Source of the DNA: Candidatus Kapaibacterium sp.
GTDB lineage: Bacteria; Bacteroidota; Ignavibacteria; Kapaibacteriales; JAEUSM01
Direction: 5' to 3'
DNA length: 28,407 nucleotides
Assembly (NCBI GenBank): GCA_041689575.1
Contig: JBDNFX010000036.1
Coordinates: 1-28,407 of the forward strand
Position 1 is the first letter of the stretch. Every line of letters starts with the position of its first letter. The notes under the pieces were generated by a model. The model had not been told where the DNA came from. It saw only the letters and a list, made by a program, of their open reading frames with translations, and ran no database searches. Positions 15,714 to 24,111 of the stretch are shown here, piece by piece. The position numbers and the translations under genes were made by a program.

Positions 15714-18656
15714 ATGCTAAACCTACAACGTCTCGTAATTTTACTTCTTCTACTTTGTTGTACTACCTTTGTTACTGCACAAATAGAAACTTTCAAAACA
15801 TCTGATGGGAAATACTCTTACCAAATGGTAAAAAATGACCCCCTTCAAGTTAAAATTTTTACACTAGCAAACGGTTTAAAAATTTACTGTTCCGTTAATA
15901 AACTTCAACCAAGGATTTATACTGCAATTGCTATAAAAGCTGGTAGTAAAAACGACCCTTCAAATGCTACAGGCCTTGCCCATTACTTGGAACATATGCT
16001 TTTTAAAGGTACAGATAAATATGGTACTGCTGAACCTGTAAAAGAACAAGTGTATTTAACAATGATTGAAGATTTATATGAACAATATAGATCAACCAAA
16101 GATGATGATAAACGTGCTACAATTTACCGCGCTATCGATTCTTTGTCCAATATTGCGTCTTCTTTTGCAATTCCAAATGAATATGACAAAATCATAAACA
16201 ATATTGGAGCAACAGGAACTAATGCTTTCACTTCAAATGAAGAAACTGTCTATATTAACGATATTCCATCGAATGGTTTAAAGAAATGGGCAATGATTGA
16301 GGGTGAACGTTTCCGTAACCCTGTTTTCCGTTTATTTCACACAGAATTAGAAGCAGTTTATGAAGAAAAGAATATTTCTTTAGATAACGATGGTTCTATG
16401 ATTTATGAAACTTCTTGGTCTCGATTGTTCCCTAATCATCAATATGGAACTCAAACAACATTAGGAACAATTGAACATTTAAAAAATCCTTCACTAAAAG
16501 AAATTAGAAATTTCTATAACACTTATTATGTTCCAAATAATATGGCAGTTATTCTAGCAGGTGATTTTAATCCTGAAGAAGCGGTTGCTAGTATAGAAAA
16601 ACATTTTGGCACTTTACAATCGAAACCTATACCTGTTTGGAATGTTATTGAAGAAAAACCACTTCCTTCTATTGTTCGTGAAACAATTACAAGCCCTGAA
16701 CCTGAAAGTTTGACTATGTTGTACAGACTACCGGGTGTTCATGGTGCTGATGTACCTGCTTTAAAAATGGTAGATATGGTTTTAGCAAATGGTTCTGCTG
16801 GTTTGATTGATATTAATCTAAATCAAAAACAAGCAGTAGCTCGTGCTTCTTGTGGACCTGCTTTTATGTCTGATTATGGTATACATTCATTTAATGGAAC
16901 ACCTCGCCAAGGGCAATCATTAGAAGAAGTTGAAAAACTAATTCTTGAACAAATCGAAAATGTGAAAAAGGGGAATTTCGACGCTTCTTTACTTCCCGCT
17001 ATTTTAAATGATTTTACTCTTTCTGATATGACTGCGAAAGAACGTAATGATAGTCGTGCTTTTGCTATGATGGAATCCTTTTCGAATAATAAACCTTGGG
17101 AAAAAATCGTAAATGATTTAAATACTCTTCGTTCAGTTACGAAACAACAAATCATTGATGCAGCGAATAAATATTACACGAATTATGTAATCGTGTACAA
17201 AAAAATGGGCGAGAAAACACCCGCACAACAAGTACCAAAACCCAAAATTACTCCTGTTCAATTAAACAACGATAAAGTATCTGATTTTATCACTGCTGTT
17301 TCGAACGAACCAACTCCAACGTTAACACCATTATTTTTAGATTTTACAAAAGACATTCAAAAATCTACTTTAAAAAATGGAACTACTATTTTGTATTCTC
17401 CAAATGAGTTAAACAGTCGTTTTTCAGTTTCCTATATCTACGAACAAGGCTCAATTTCAGATTTGAATGCTCAAATGGCTTTTGACTATTTGAACCTTTT
17501 GGGAACAACGACAAAAACAGCTGAAGATATCAACAAAGCACTTTATTCATTAGGATGTAAGTTTTCACAATCAGTTTCAGCTGAACGTACGACATTAACT
17601 ATTTCTGGTCTTGAAGAAAATGCTGATATTGCTATTAAAATGTATTTTGATAAAATTTTGAATGCAAAAGCAGACCCTGAAATACTTCAAAGGTTGATTC
17701 AAGATAGAATGAAACGACGTACTGATGCTAAAAAGAATAAAAACACCATTAACCAAGCATTGTTTTTGGCTGCAGCCTATGGTGATTTTAATTCAATCAA
17801 AAATATTACTCCAATTAAAGAACTTAAGTCGTTAACTCCAGAAAAAATGTTAAGTATTGTGAAAAACTACCTTAAAATGGAACATAGAGTTCTTGTTTAT
17901 GGAAAAAAATCTTTAGCTGAATATACAACGTTACTTTCAAGTTTAGAACCAAAAGATGCCTTAGTAAAACCAAAAGCATTTCAAACCTATACAATGAAAG
18001 AAACTCCAAAGCCGATGGTTTCTGTAGGTTACTATCCTGAAATGGTACAAGCCGATATTACATGGTATCGTTTTTTAGAACCAACTGTAGATCCCAAAAA
18101 AGAAGCAATTCGGTCAATATACAACGATTATTTTGGTGGTGGAATGTCCTCAGTTGTTTTCCAAGAAATTCGTGAAGCAAAAGCTTTAGCCTATAGCACG
18201 TATGCCTTTGTTGGAACTGGAAGAAAAAAAGCTGACCCAACTTATTTTATGGCATTCGTTGGAACTCAAGCCGATAAACTACCCGATGCTACTGCAGCTA
18301 TGACAGAACTAATCAATTCGCCTTTACGTGCTTCGGAACAACGCTTTACTAATTCTAAGGAAGGTATGTTGAATAAATTCCAAACTGATCGTGTAACCAA
18401 AGATGAAATACTTTTCTATTACACTGTTCAGGTCGATAAAGGAAATACAACCGATCCACGAATTGAGCAGTACAAACAAGTACAAAACTTTACTTTGAAA
18501 TCCTTAGAAGATTTCCACGCATCGGAAATCAAAGGGAAACCTATGTTTTTGTTTGTACTTGGTGCTAAAGACAAATTAGATATGAACACATTGAAACAAT
18601 TCGGACAAGTAAAAGAATTCACTTTAGATGAACTCTTTGGACCTGAATACAATTAA
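15714..18656 (+). CDS. M16 family (insulinase/PqqL-like) zinc metallopeptidase, secreted
   Basis: Signal peptide; inverted zinc motif GLAHYLEHMLFKG; NAFTS; ELEAVYEE; second half REAKALAYST without HxxEH; 980 aa. Confidence 0.93.
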   Translation: MLNLQRLVILLLLLCCTTFVTAQIETFKTSDGKYSYQMVKNDPLQVKIFTLANGLKIYCSVNKLQPRIYTAIAIKAGSKNDPSNATGLAHYLEHMLFKGTDKYGTAEPVKEQVYLTMIEDLYEQYRSTKDDDKRATIYRAIDSLSNIASSFAIPNEYDKIINNIGATGTNAFTSNEETVYINDIPSNGLKKWAMIEGERFRNPVFRLFHTELEAVYEEKNISLDNDGSMIYETSWSRLFPNHQYGTQTTLGTIEHLKNPSLKEIRNFYNTYYVPNNMAVILAGDFNPEEAVASIEKHFGTLQSKPIPVWNVIEEKPLPSIVRETITSPEPESLTMLYRLPGVHGADVPALKMVDMVLANGSAGLIDINLNQKQAVARASCGPAFMSDYGIHSFNGTPRQGQSLEEVEKLILEQIENVKKGNFDASLLPAILNDFTLSDMTAKERNDSRAFAMMESFSNNKPWEKIVNDLNTLRSVTKQQIIDAANKYYTNYVIVYKKMGEKTPAQQVPKPKITPVQLNNDKVSDFITAVSNEPTPTLTPLFLDFTKDIQKSTLKNGTTILYSPNELNSRFSVSYIYEQGSISDLNAQMAFDYLNLLGTTTKTAEDINKALYSLGCKFSQSVSAERTTLTISGLEENADIAIKMYFDKILNAKADPEILQRLIQDRMKRRTDAKKNKNTINQALFLAAAYGDFNSIKNITPIKELKSLTPEKMLSIVKNYLKMEHRVLVYGKKSLAEYTTLLSSLEPKDALVKPKAFQTYTMKETPKPMVSVGYYPEMVQADITWYRFLEPTVDPKKEAIRSIYNDYFGGGMSSVVFQEIREAKALAYSTYAFVGTGRKKADPTYFMAFVGTQADKLPDATAAMTELINSPLRASEQRFTNSKEGMLNKFQTDRVTKDEILFYYTVQVDKGNTTDPRIEQYKQVQNFTLKSLEDFHASEIKGKPMFLFVLGAKDKLDMNTLKQFGQVKEFTLDELFGPEYN

Positions 18657-18671
18657 TTTTCAATTCTCAAC

Positions 18672-18704
18672 AAAAAAAGGGGTTCATTTGAACCCCTTTT
18701 TTTT
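18672..18704. terminator. Bidirectional intrinsic terminator
   Basis: aaaaaaaggggttca-tt-tgaacccctttttttt, with an A-run on the left and a T-run on the right, between convergent genes. Confidence 0.88.
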
Positions 18705-18752
18705 ATATATCTCAAACTCCCAAACTGCCTATGAAGGGAGCGGTTTGACTCT

Positions 18753-19016
18753 TTAAATCACCGTGTCGAATAAGCCTACTTTTTCAGAAGTATGTTTGTT
18801 CATTCCCAAATATTCTAAAGAATTATCTTCATATCGACGGAATTTGTAGATTGCATCATTCATAACATGACCATTAAATACACCTAAAGAAACTAATAGT
18901 TCAAATTCCTTTGTTTCTAATGCTGTAACTTTTTTGAACAGACTGGGCTCTAACTTTGTAATTACATCTTTCAATGTAGCTTCACGAAAGTCGGTCAAAT
19001 ACATAAACAATGGAAT
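18753..19016 (-). pseudogene. 5'-truncated remnant of a restriction-modification-associated SF2 helicase/endonuclease subunit
   Basis: IPLFMYLTDFREATLKDVITKLEPSLFKKVT...FELLVSLGVFN...MNDAIYKFRRYEDNSLEY matches, from recall, the extreme C-terminus of large ResIII/DEAD-type RM subunits. The frame has an in-frame TAG about 14 codons upstream of IP. Confidence 0.55.
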
Positions 19017-19165
19017 TGAAAGTTGTTTGAAAGTTGGAGTTATGAAGAAAGTTATTTTCTAAGTAAGCCCTTTTTCTAAATTCTTGATATCCTAAAGTTG
19101 CACTGCCTTAACCAATACCATGAACGAAGAGTAAATTGTGCGACATACTAACTCCAAATTATAAA

Positions 19166-22100
19166 CTAAGAACCTATCAATGTTTGTACGGTTAAAATTA
19201 ATTGCGAAGTTGAATAGGGTTTTTGAAGGAAAAGAACTTTTTCGAAAATTGGATCTTCGTCGAAACTATGATATATTCCGCTAACTGCGATACAATGAAT
19301 AGAAGGATTTTTTTCCCTTGCTTTTTTAATAACTGATTTGCCGTCAGGACCAGGTAAAATCATATCTACGATTAATAAAGAAATTTCATTTTGGTTTTTC
19401 GATAACGTTGAAATAGCTTCGAAACTATCTGAAGCAGTATATACGGTAAAGCCAAGAGGTTCTAAGGCAAAAACAGAAAACTCTCGAATTGCCTCTTCGT
19501 CATCTACAATCAATACTCCACATTCAACACCTTTTGTGTGTAGTCTATTTTCAATTTCAAGATTTATTTCTTCTGTTTGTTCACCAATTGGGAAAAATAG
19601 TTCAAAACTTGTTCCTTGCTTAATTTCACTTTGTACATCTATTACACCTTTATGGCTTTTGACAATGGACAATACAGTTGAAAGACCAATTCCAGTTCCT
19701 AATCCAATATCTTTGGTGGTATAGAATGGTTCAAAAACTCTATCAAGTACTTCTTGAGTCATTCCTGTACCAGAATCAGTTACAGATATTTGAATATATT
19801 CTCCGTTGGAAAGCTGTAAATAAGAAAATTTGCTTTCTTCTGAAAACGTAATTTTTTTAGCGTTAATAGAAAGCAGTCCACCATTAGGCATAGCGTCTCT
19901 TGCGTTTACGCAAAGGTTCAGCAACACTTGATGTAGCTGAGTATAATCACCGAGAAAAGTAGGTAACTGTTGTTCTAACATAACAGAATGAACAATGTTT
20001 TTTGGAAAGGTGCTTTTCATAATCATAACCATCTCATCAGTTAATTTTTTCAACTGAATGGCACTACGTTCACCTTCAACTCCTCTTGAAAAGAGGAGGA
20101 CTTGTTTAATTAACTCAGCTCCACGTTTTGTGGAAGTTTCGATTAAGTCTAATCTATATAAGAATTTTTCATCTGAAGTTTGTAGTTTTAGAATTTCAAT
20201 GCTTAGCAATATTGGTGTTAAAACATTATTTAGATCGTGTGCTATACCTCCTGCCAAAGTACCAATAGAGTCCATTCGTTGGTTGCGGAGAAAATGAGCT
20301 TCAATTTGTTTTTTTTCAGTTACATCAAGTACAGAAGCATAAATACAAAGCGGTGAACCATTTGGACTTTTAATTAATGTAGCGACAATATTTGCAAAGA
20401 ATATTTTCTCTGAAACTGTTTTTGATTTTAATTCACCAGTCCAAGAATTACCAATAAGTAAAGAGGTTAGAAGTTCAACTCCAACATTAATGTCAACAAA
20501 TAAATCCAATATATTCAAATGTAAGGGTTTTGCCTGCATATTCAGTCCCCACATTTGTTCAAATGCTGTATTAGAATATGTAATATACCCTTCTAAATCG
20601 AAAATAACATTCCCATTTATCGAAGCTTCAATAACGGTATCTTTGATAGTAAGTTGTTCTTCGATTTGTTTTCGCTCAGTAGCATCACTAATGTACCCGT
20701 TCCAAAGAATTGAACCATCATGAAGTCGTTCGGGTCGAGATTTGCCATGTCTCCATTGAATTCCTTTTGATAGGAGAACAACTCGAAAGTCTATTTCCCA
20801 AATAGTAAGGTTTTTAGCAGAATTAGCGATAGAATCCAACACAAAGGCAATATCTTCAGGATGAATGGTCGTAATATGATCTTCCAAATATATTGGTTGC
20901 TTGGTCTGGTGAATATTTAGAATTTCACTCGCAGAAGAACTTAAATATGGAAAAGTATATTCGCCATCGAGACTCAGATGTAACTGAAACAACATACCCG
21001 GGATATTATTAGTAAGCTTATTCAAATTCTCATGACTTTTTTGAAGTTCCAATTCAAAAGTTTTTCGCTTCGTTACATCTGTTGTTGTACCAATAATACG
21101 TGAAGGTTGTCCAATGAGATTACGCTCTACAACTGCACCACGTTCAAGCACCCAAACGGACTCATTATTAATAGAATGATACATTATATGTTCGTGATAA
21201 AACGAACCACCTTCTACATAACTTTCTAAAATTGCATTTCGGAAATGTTCTTTATCTTGTTCATCGAACAACGAAAGGAATTCATCAAAAGTAAAAGTTT
21301 TTTTCTCATAAGGAACACCTAACAATAGAAACATTTGTGAATTTAAAGAAACTGTATTTTCTTTAATTGAATAGTCCCAAATACCCTGCCCTGTTAATGA
21401 GAATGCTTTAGAAATACGTTCTTCTTCGATTTTAAAACTATTTTCTACAGATTTAAACTCTGATATATCCTTAGAATTCACAATTATTGCTCGAATATCA
21501 GGATTATTTAACTGATTATTCGCTTGAGCTTCTAAGGTGACATAGTGTCCCATTTTCGTTTTTAAACGGAATTCAATTAAGGGATTATAGGATGTAGATT
21601 GAAGTGTTTTTTGAAATTCTTCAAGAACTAGTGGTAAATCATCTGGATGAATAAAGTTTATAAACGATTTCCCTTGTAGTTCTCCTTCTTCATAACCATG
21701 AAGATGTTTCATTGAAGGGGAAGAATAGACAAACTCAGATTTTTCGTTTATAAGGGTAAATAGATTCGTAACTTCATTAATAATCTCTCTATAACGTAGT
21801 AGCGATTTATTAGTCTCTTTTAAAATTCGACTAGAATGAAGGAAACATTGCAGTGTTTGAATGACTAGTTCTTTTGGTTGAAACATATAAAGAACTGAAC
21901 TAATAGAAAAAGGAAACGAAGAAAAATCTATAGTTTCTTCAAGTGAATATTGAATGCAAGAAATAGGAATTTGATATTCCTTTTGAAACTCAGCAAATTT
22001 AGTTAAATCTATATTCTGAAAATTAAAAGAACTTTCAATAATAATTGCTTCAGGAAATTCAGAACTTGATAACGATTCTAAAAACGAAAAATCCGAAGTA

Positions 22101-22201
22101 TGTAAAACATCTTTTTCTAATTCTAAAAAAATGTTTTGAACTTCTGAAATATTTGTTGTACTTGTAGACACATAGTAACATTGAGATTTCAATATAGACA
22201 C
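19166..22201 (-). CDS. Hybrid sensor histidine kinase: degenerate REC - 4xPAS - HisKA - HATPase - REC
   Basis: H-box SIGTLAGGIAHDLNN, N-box QVLLNLCVNARDAM, G1 DSGTGM, F-box VFEPFYTTK, G2 GTGIGLS; C-terminal receiver LIVDD...LIVDMILP...LQKP; PAS segments with IHPDD/IHPED; GTG start. Confidence 0.93.
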   Translation of the reverse strand: MSILKSQCYYVSTSTTNISEVQNIFLELEKDVLHTSDFSFLESLSSSEFPEAIIIESSFNFQNIDLTKFAEFQKEYQIPISCIQYSLEETIDFSSFPFSISSVLYMFQPKELVIQTLQCFLHSSRILKETNKSLLRYREIINEVTNLFTLINEKSEFVYSSPSMKHLHGYEEGELQGKSFINFIHPDDLPLVLEEFQKTLQSTSYNPLIEFRLKTKMGHYVTLEAQANNQLNNPDIRAIIVNSKDISEFKSVENSFKIEEERISKAFSLTGQGIWDYSIKENTVSLNSQMFLLLGVPYEKKTFTFDEFLSLFDEQDKEHFRNAILESYVEGGSFYHEHIMYHSINNESVWVLERGAVVERNLIGQPSRIIGTTTDVTKRKTFELELQKSHENLNKLTNNIPGMLFQLHLSLDGEYTFPYLSSSASEILNIHQTKQPIYLEDHITTIHPEDIAFVLDSIANSAKNLTIWEIDFRVVLLSKGIQWRHGKSRPERLHDGSILWNGYISDATERKQIEEQLTIKDTVIEASINGNVIFDLEGYITYSNTAFEQMWGLNMQAKPLHLNILDLFVDINVGVELLTSLLIGNSWTGELKSKTVSEKIFFANIVATLIKSPNGSPLCIYASVLDVTEKKQIEAHFLRNQRMDSIGTLAGGIAHDLNNVLTPILLSIEILKLQTSDEKFLYRLDLIETSTKRGAELIKQVLLFSRGVEGERSAIQLKKLTDEMVMIMKSTFPKNIVHSVMLEQQLPTFLGDYTQLHQVLLNLCVNARDAMPNGGLLSINAKKITFSEESKFSYLQLSNGEYIQISVTDSGTGMTQEVLDRVFEPFYTTKDIGLGTGIGLSTVLSIVKSHKGVIDVQSEIKQGTSFELFFPIGEQTEEINLEIENRLHTKGVECGVLIVDDEEAIREFSVFALEPLGFTVYTASDSFEAISTLSKNQNEISLLIVDMILPGPDGKSVIKKAREKNPSIHCIAVSGIYHSFDEDPIFEKVLFLQKPYSTSQLILTVQTLIGS

Positions 22202-22231
22202 TCCGTATAAATATACAATGTTTCCATTTCA

Positions 22232-22241
22232 CAAATATACG
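22232..22241 (-). promoter_or_regulatory. Putative -7 TAnnTTTG promoter element for the hybrid kinase
   Basis: Minus strand cgTATATTTG, 30 nt upstream of the GTG start. Confidence 0.6.
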
Positions 22242-22246
22242 AATTA

Positions 22247-22780
22247 ATGGTAGATTTTCATAAGAATCCATCAGTTGCACTAGCAACATTTGTAGCAACT
22301 ATTTTTATTAAGCCAAATGCTGCTCATGAAATAAATATCGGCGCCAAAAATACAAGATTAATACTTGAACAGTACAAAAGAGGGGTTTCAGAGACTCAAA
22401 GCTTAAACCAATCTGCAATGACAAAAAAAAGAGGTTTCTTTTCCAAAAAACCTACCGCAGTTTGTTCAAGTAGTCTACAAACTTGTTTTGATGGCGCCTT
22501 TATTGAGTTTTTTAAAAATGGCGAGTTATCCAATGCGATTTCAGGAGTTCAAAAAAATTATTACAACAATCAAACTGCCTTGATTAAAAGTATTACAGAT
22601 GGTAGTTTTAACCCACATTTCACAGTATATACTATTAAAGAATATGGTGGAGGAGCGGTTATGTCTTCAGGAGCAATGGATACGGCTTTAGAGCCATTAG
22701 AAAAATTTAAAACTTCTTTTCAAGCACTTGGATTGAATCATTTATCTAAAATGTATAAGTTGGTTGAAAGTTTAAAATAG
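22247..22780 (+). CDS. Hypothetical protein with RGS-domain-like motifs
   Basis: 177-aa ATG ORF followed by a terminator-like hairpin. ATIFIKPNAAHEINIG and QTCFDGA resemble RGS helix 5/6 and helix 7 motifs. Confidence refers to the coding call; the RGS assignment is weaker. Confidence 0.65.
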   Translation: MVDFHKNPSVALATFVATIFIKPNAAHEINIGAKNTRLILEQYKRGVSETQSLNQSAMTKKRGFFSKKPTAVCSSSLQTCFDGAFIEFFKNGELSNAISGVQKNYYNNQTALIKSITDGSFNPHFTVYTIKEYGGGAVMSSGAMDTALEPLEKFKTSFQALGLNHLSKMYKLVESLK

Positions 22781-22860
22781 TTTGGAAATGAACATCTAAA
22801 ATTGTGATCAAAAAGAACTAAGTCAATTTGATAGGATTCAAAATAATTTCGCTCTGAAAG

Positions 22861-22908
22861 ATTCTTACTACTTTTAACATCCAGAAAGTTGTAAGAATTT
22901 TCTTTTTT
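22861..22908 (+). terminator. AT-rich terminator-like hairpin after the RGS-like ORF
   Basis: attcttactacttt / aaagttgtaagaat (13 of 14 complementary, 10-nt loop) followed by tttctttttt. Confidence 0.5.
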
Positions 22909-22920
22909 ATCGAAATTTTC

Positions 22921-22930
22921 CGTATATTTG
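22921..22930 (+). promoter_or_regulatory. Putative -7 TAnnTTTG promoter element for the OMP-tRNA unit
   Basis: cgTATATTTG located 27 nt upstream of the GTG start at 22958. Confidence 0.6.
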
Positions 22931-22957
22931 TAATCTTATTATCAAAAGTAAAAAACA

Positions 22958-23719
22958 GTGAAAAAACAATTATTATCATTCTTAACTATCTTATGTTTGG
23001 CAACACTTTCAGCATTTGCTCAAGGTGAAGACAATACTTTAGATGGATTAGAATTTGAAGAAATAGCTCCCGAAAAAGAAACACGTCCTCCCTATTTTGC
23101 AATAGGTGGTGGCTACACAATTTCGTTTTGGTTCCCAACTATGACCGAAATTCAAAATAAAGCAACAGAATTTGGCTTTACAAAAAAATTTACAACACCT
23201 GTGTTAGTAAATGGATTCCAACTCTTTACCGGTGTTGGGTTTATAGAAAACCTTCGTGTTGGAGTTTATTCTAATGGTGGTGCATCTACTATTTCTAGAT
23301 CTTTAGGCGATTCAGGAACCTCTGAAATGCAATATCAGATCGGTTCCACAGGTATTACCTTAGATTATGCTATCGTTCCTGCAAAAGGTTTGGCGATATT
23401 ACCCGGTGTTGGTTTAGGTTATGGTGCAGTTGCCCTTGAAAGTAGAACTTCACCTTCAAATGTAGCGTGGGGAAATTTCAACCCAAATTCTTCTTCAGCT
23501 CAAAAAATTAGTGCTAGTGCAATTTATTTTCAACCAAATTTGAATATAGAATACGCATTTACTTCTTTTTCAATGATCAGATTAAATGCTGGGTATAACC
23601 TATCATTTTTACAAGATTTCAAGAATAACGGTTTAGGGACTGTTACTGGAGTACCCACTGGTGTTAATGCAAACGCATTAACAGGTTCGTTGGGAATATT
23701 CATAGGGTTATTTAACTAA
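22958..23719 (+). CDS. Outer-membrane beta-barrel protein of unknown function
   Basis: Signal peptide ending AFA; alternating Gly/aromatic beta-strands (YFAIGGGY, GITLDY, ILPGVGLGYG, FQPNLNIEY, RLNAGY); C-terminal GSLGIFIGLFN. Confidence 0.75.
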   Translation: MKKQLLSFLTILCLATLSAFAQGEDNTLDGLEFEEIAPEKETRPPYFAIGGGYTISFWFPTMTEIQNKATEFGFTKKFTTPVLVNGFQLFTGVGFIENLRVGVYSNGGASTISRSLGDSGTSEMQYQIGSTGITLDYAIVPAKGLAILPGVGLGYGAVALESRTSPSNVAWGNFNPNSSSAQKISASAIYFQPNLNIEYAFTSFSMIRLNAGYNLSFLQDFKNNGLGTVTGVPTGVNANALTGSLGIFIGLFN

Positions 23720-23724
23720 GTATA

Positions 23725-23797
<73 letters not shown>

Positions 23798-23802
23798 CTA
23801 AG

Positions 23803-23830
23803 AAGCCTCTCAGAAATGAGGGGCTTTATT
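23803..23830 (+). terminator. Terminator after the tRNA
   Basis: aagcctctca-gaaa-tgaggggctt followed by a T-rich tail. Confidence 0.75.
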
Positions 23831-24040
23831 GTTTGTGTTAAATATTTCTTTGAAAGATCCTCTTAGATTGTTTATAGTCTTTCAAGGTAAGGATTCCTTT
23901 GTAATGGTGAATTAAAATTGCTATTTTGATTAAGTACCAATTATCTCAGTTACGCCCAAATTGAGCGTTTCTACAAATACTTTTACTGTGAATATTCTTT
24001 AGTGGACTTATACTACAGATATTTTAGCAAAACCATGTAA

Positions 24041-24075
24041 AACGAAAGAGCCATACAATGTATGGCTCTTTCGTT
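24041..24075. repeat. Perfect 17-bp inverted repeat with a 1-nt spacer
   Basis: aacgaaagagccataca-a-tgtatggctctttcgtt, 36 nt downstream of the ABC ATPase stop. Confidence 0.9.
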
Positions 24076-24111
24076 GAAAGGTGATTGGGTGTTTTAAAAA
24101 AGCACCATCGA

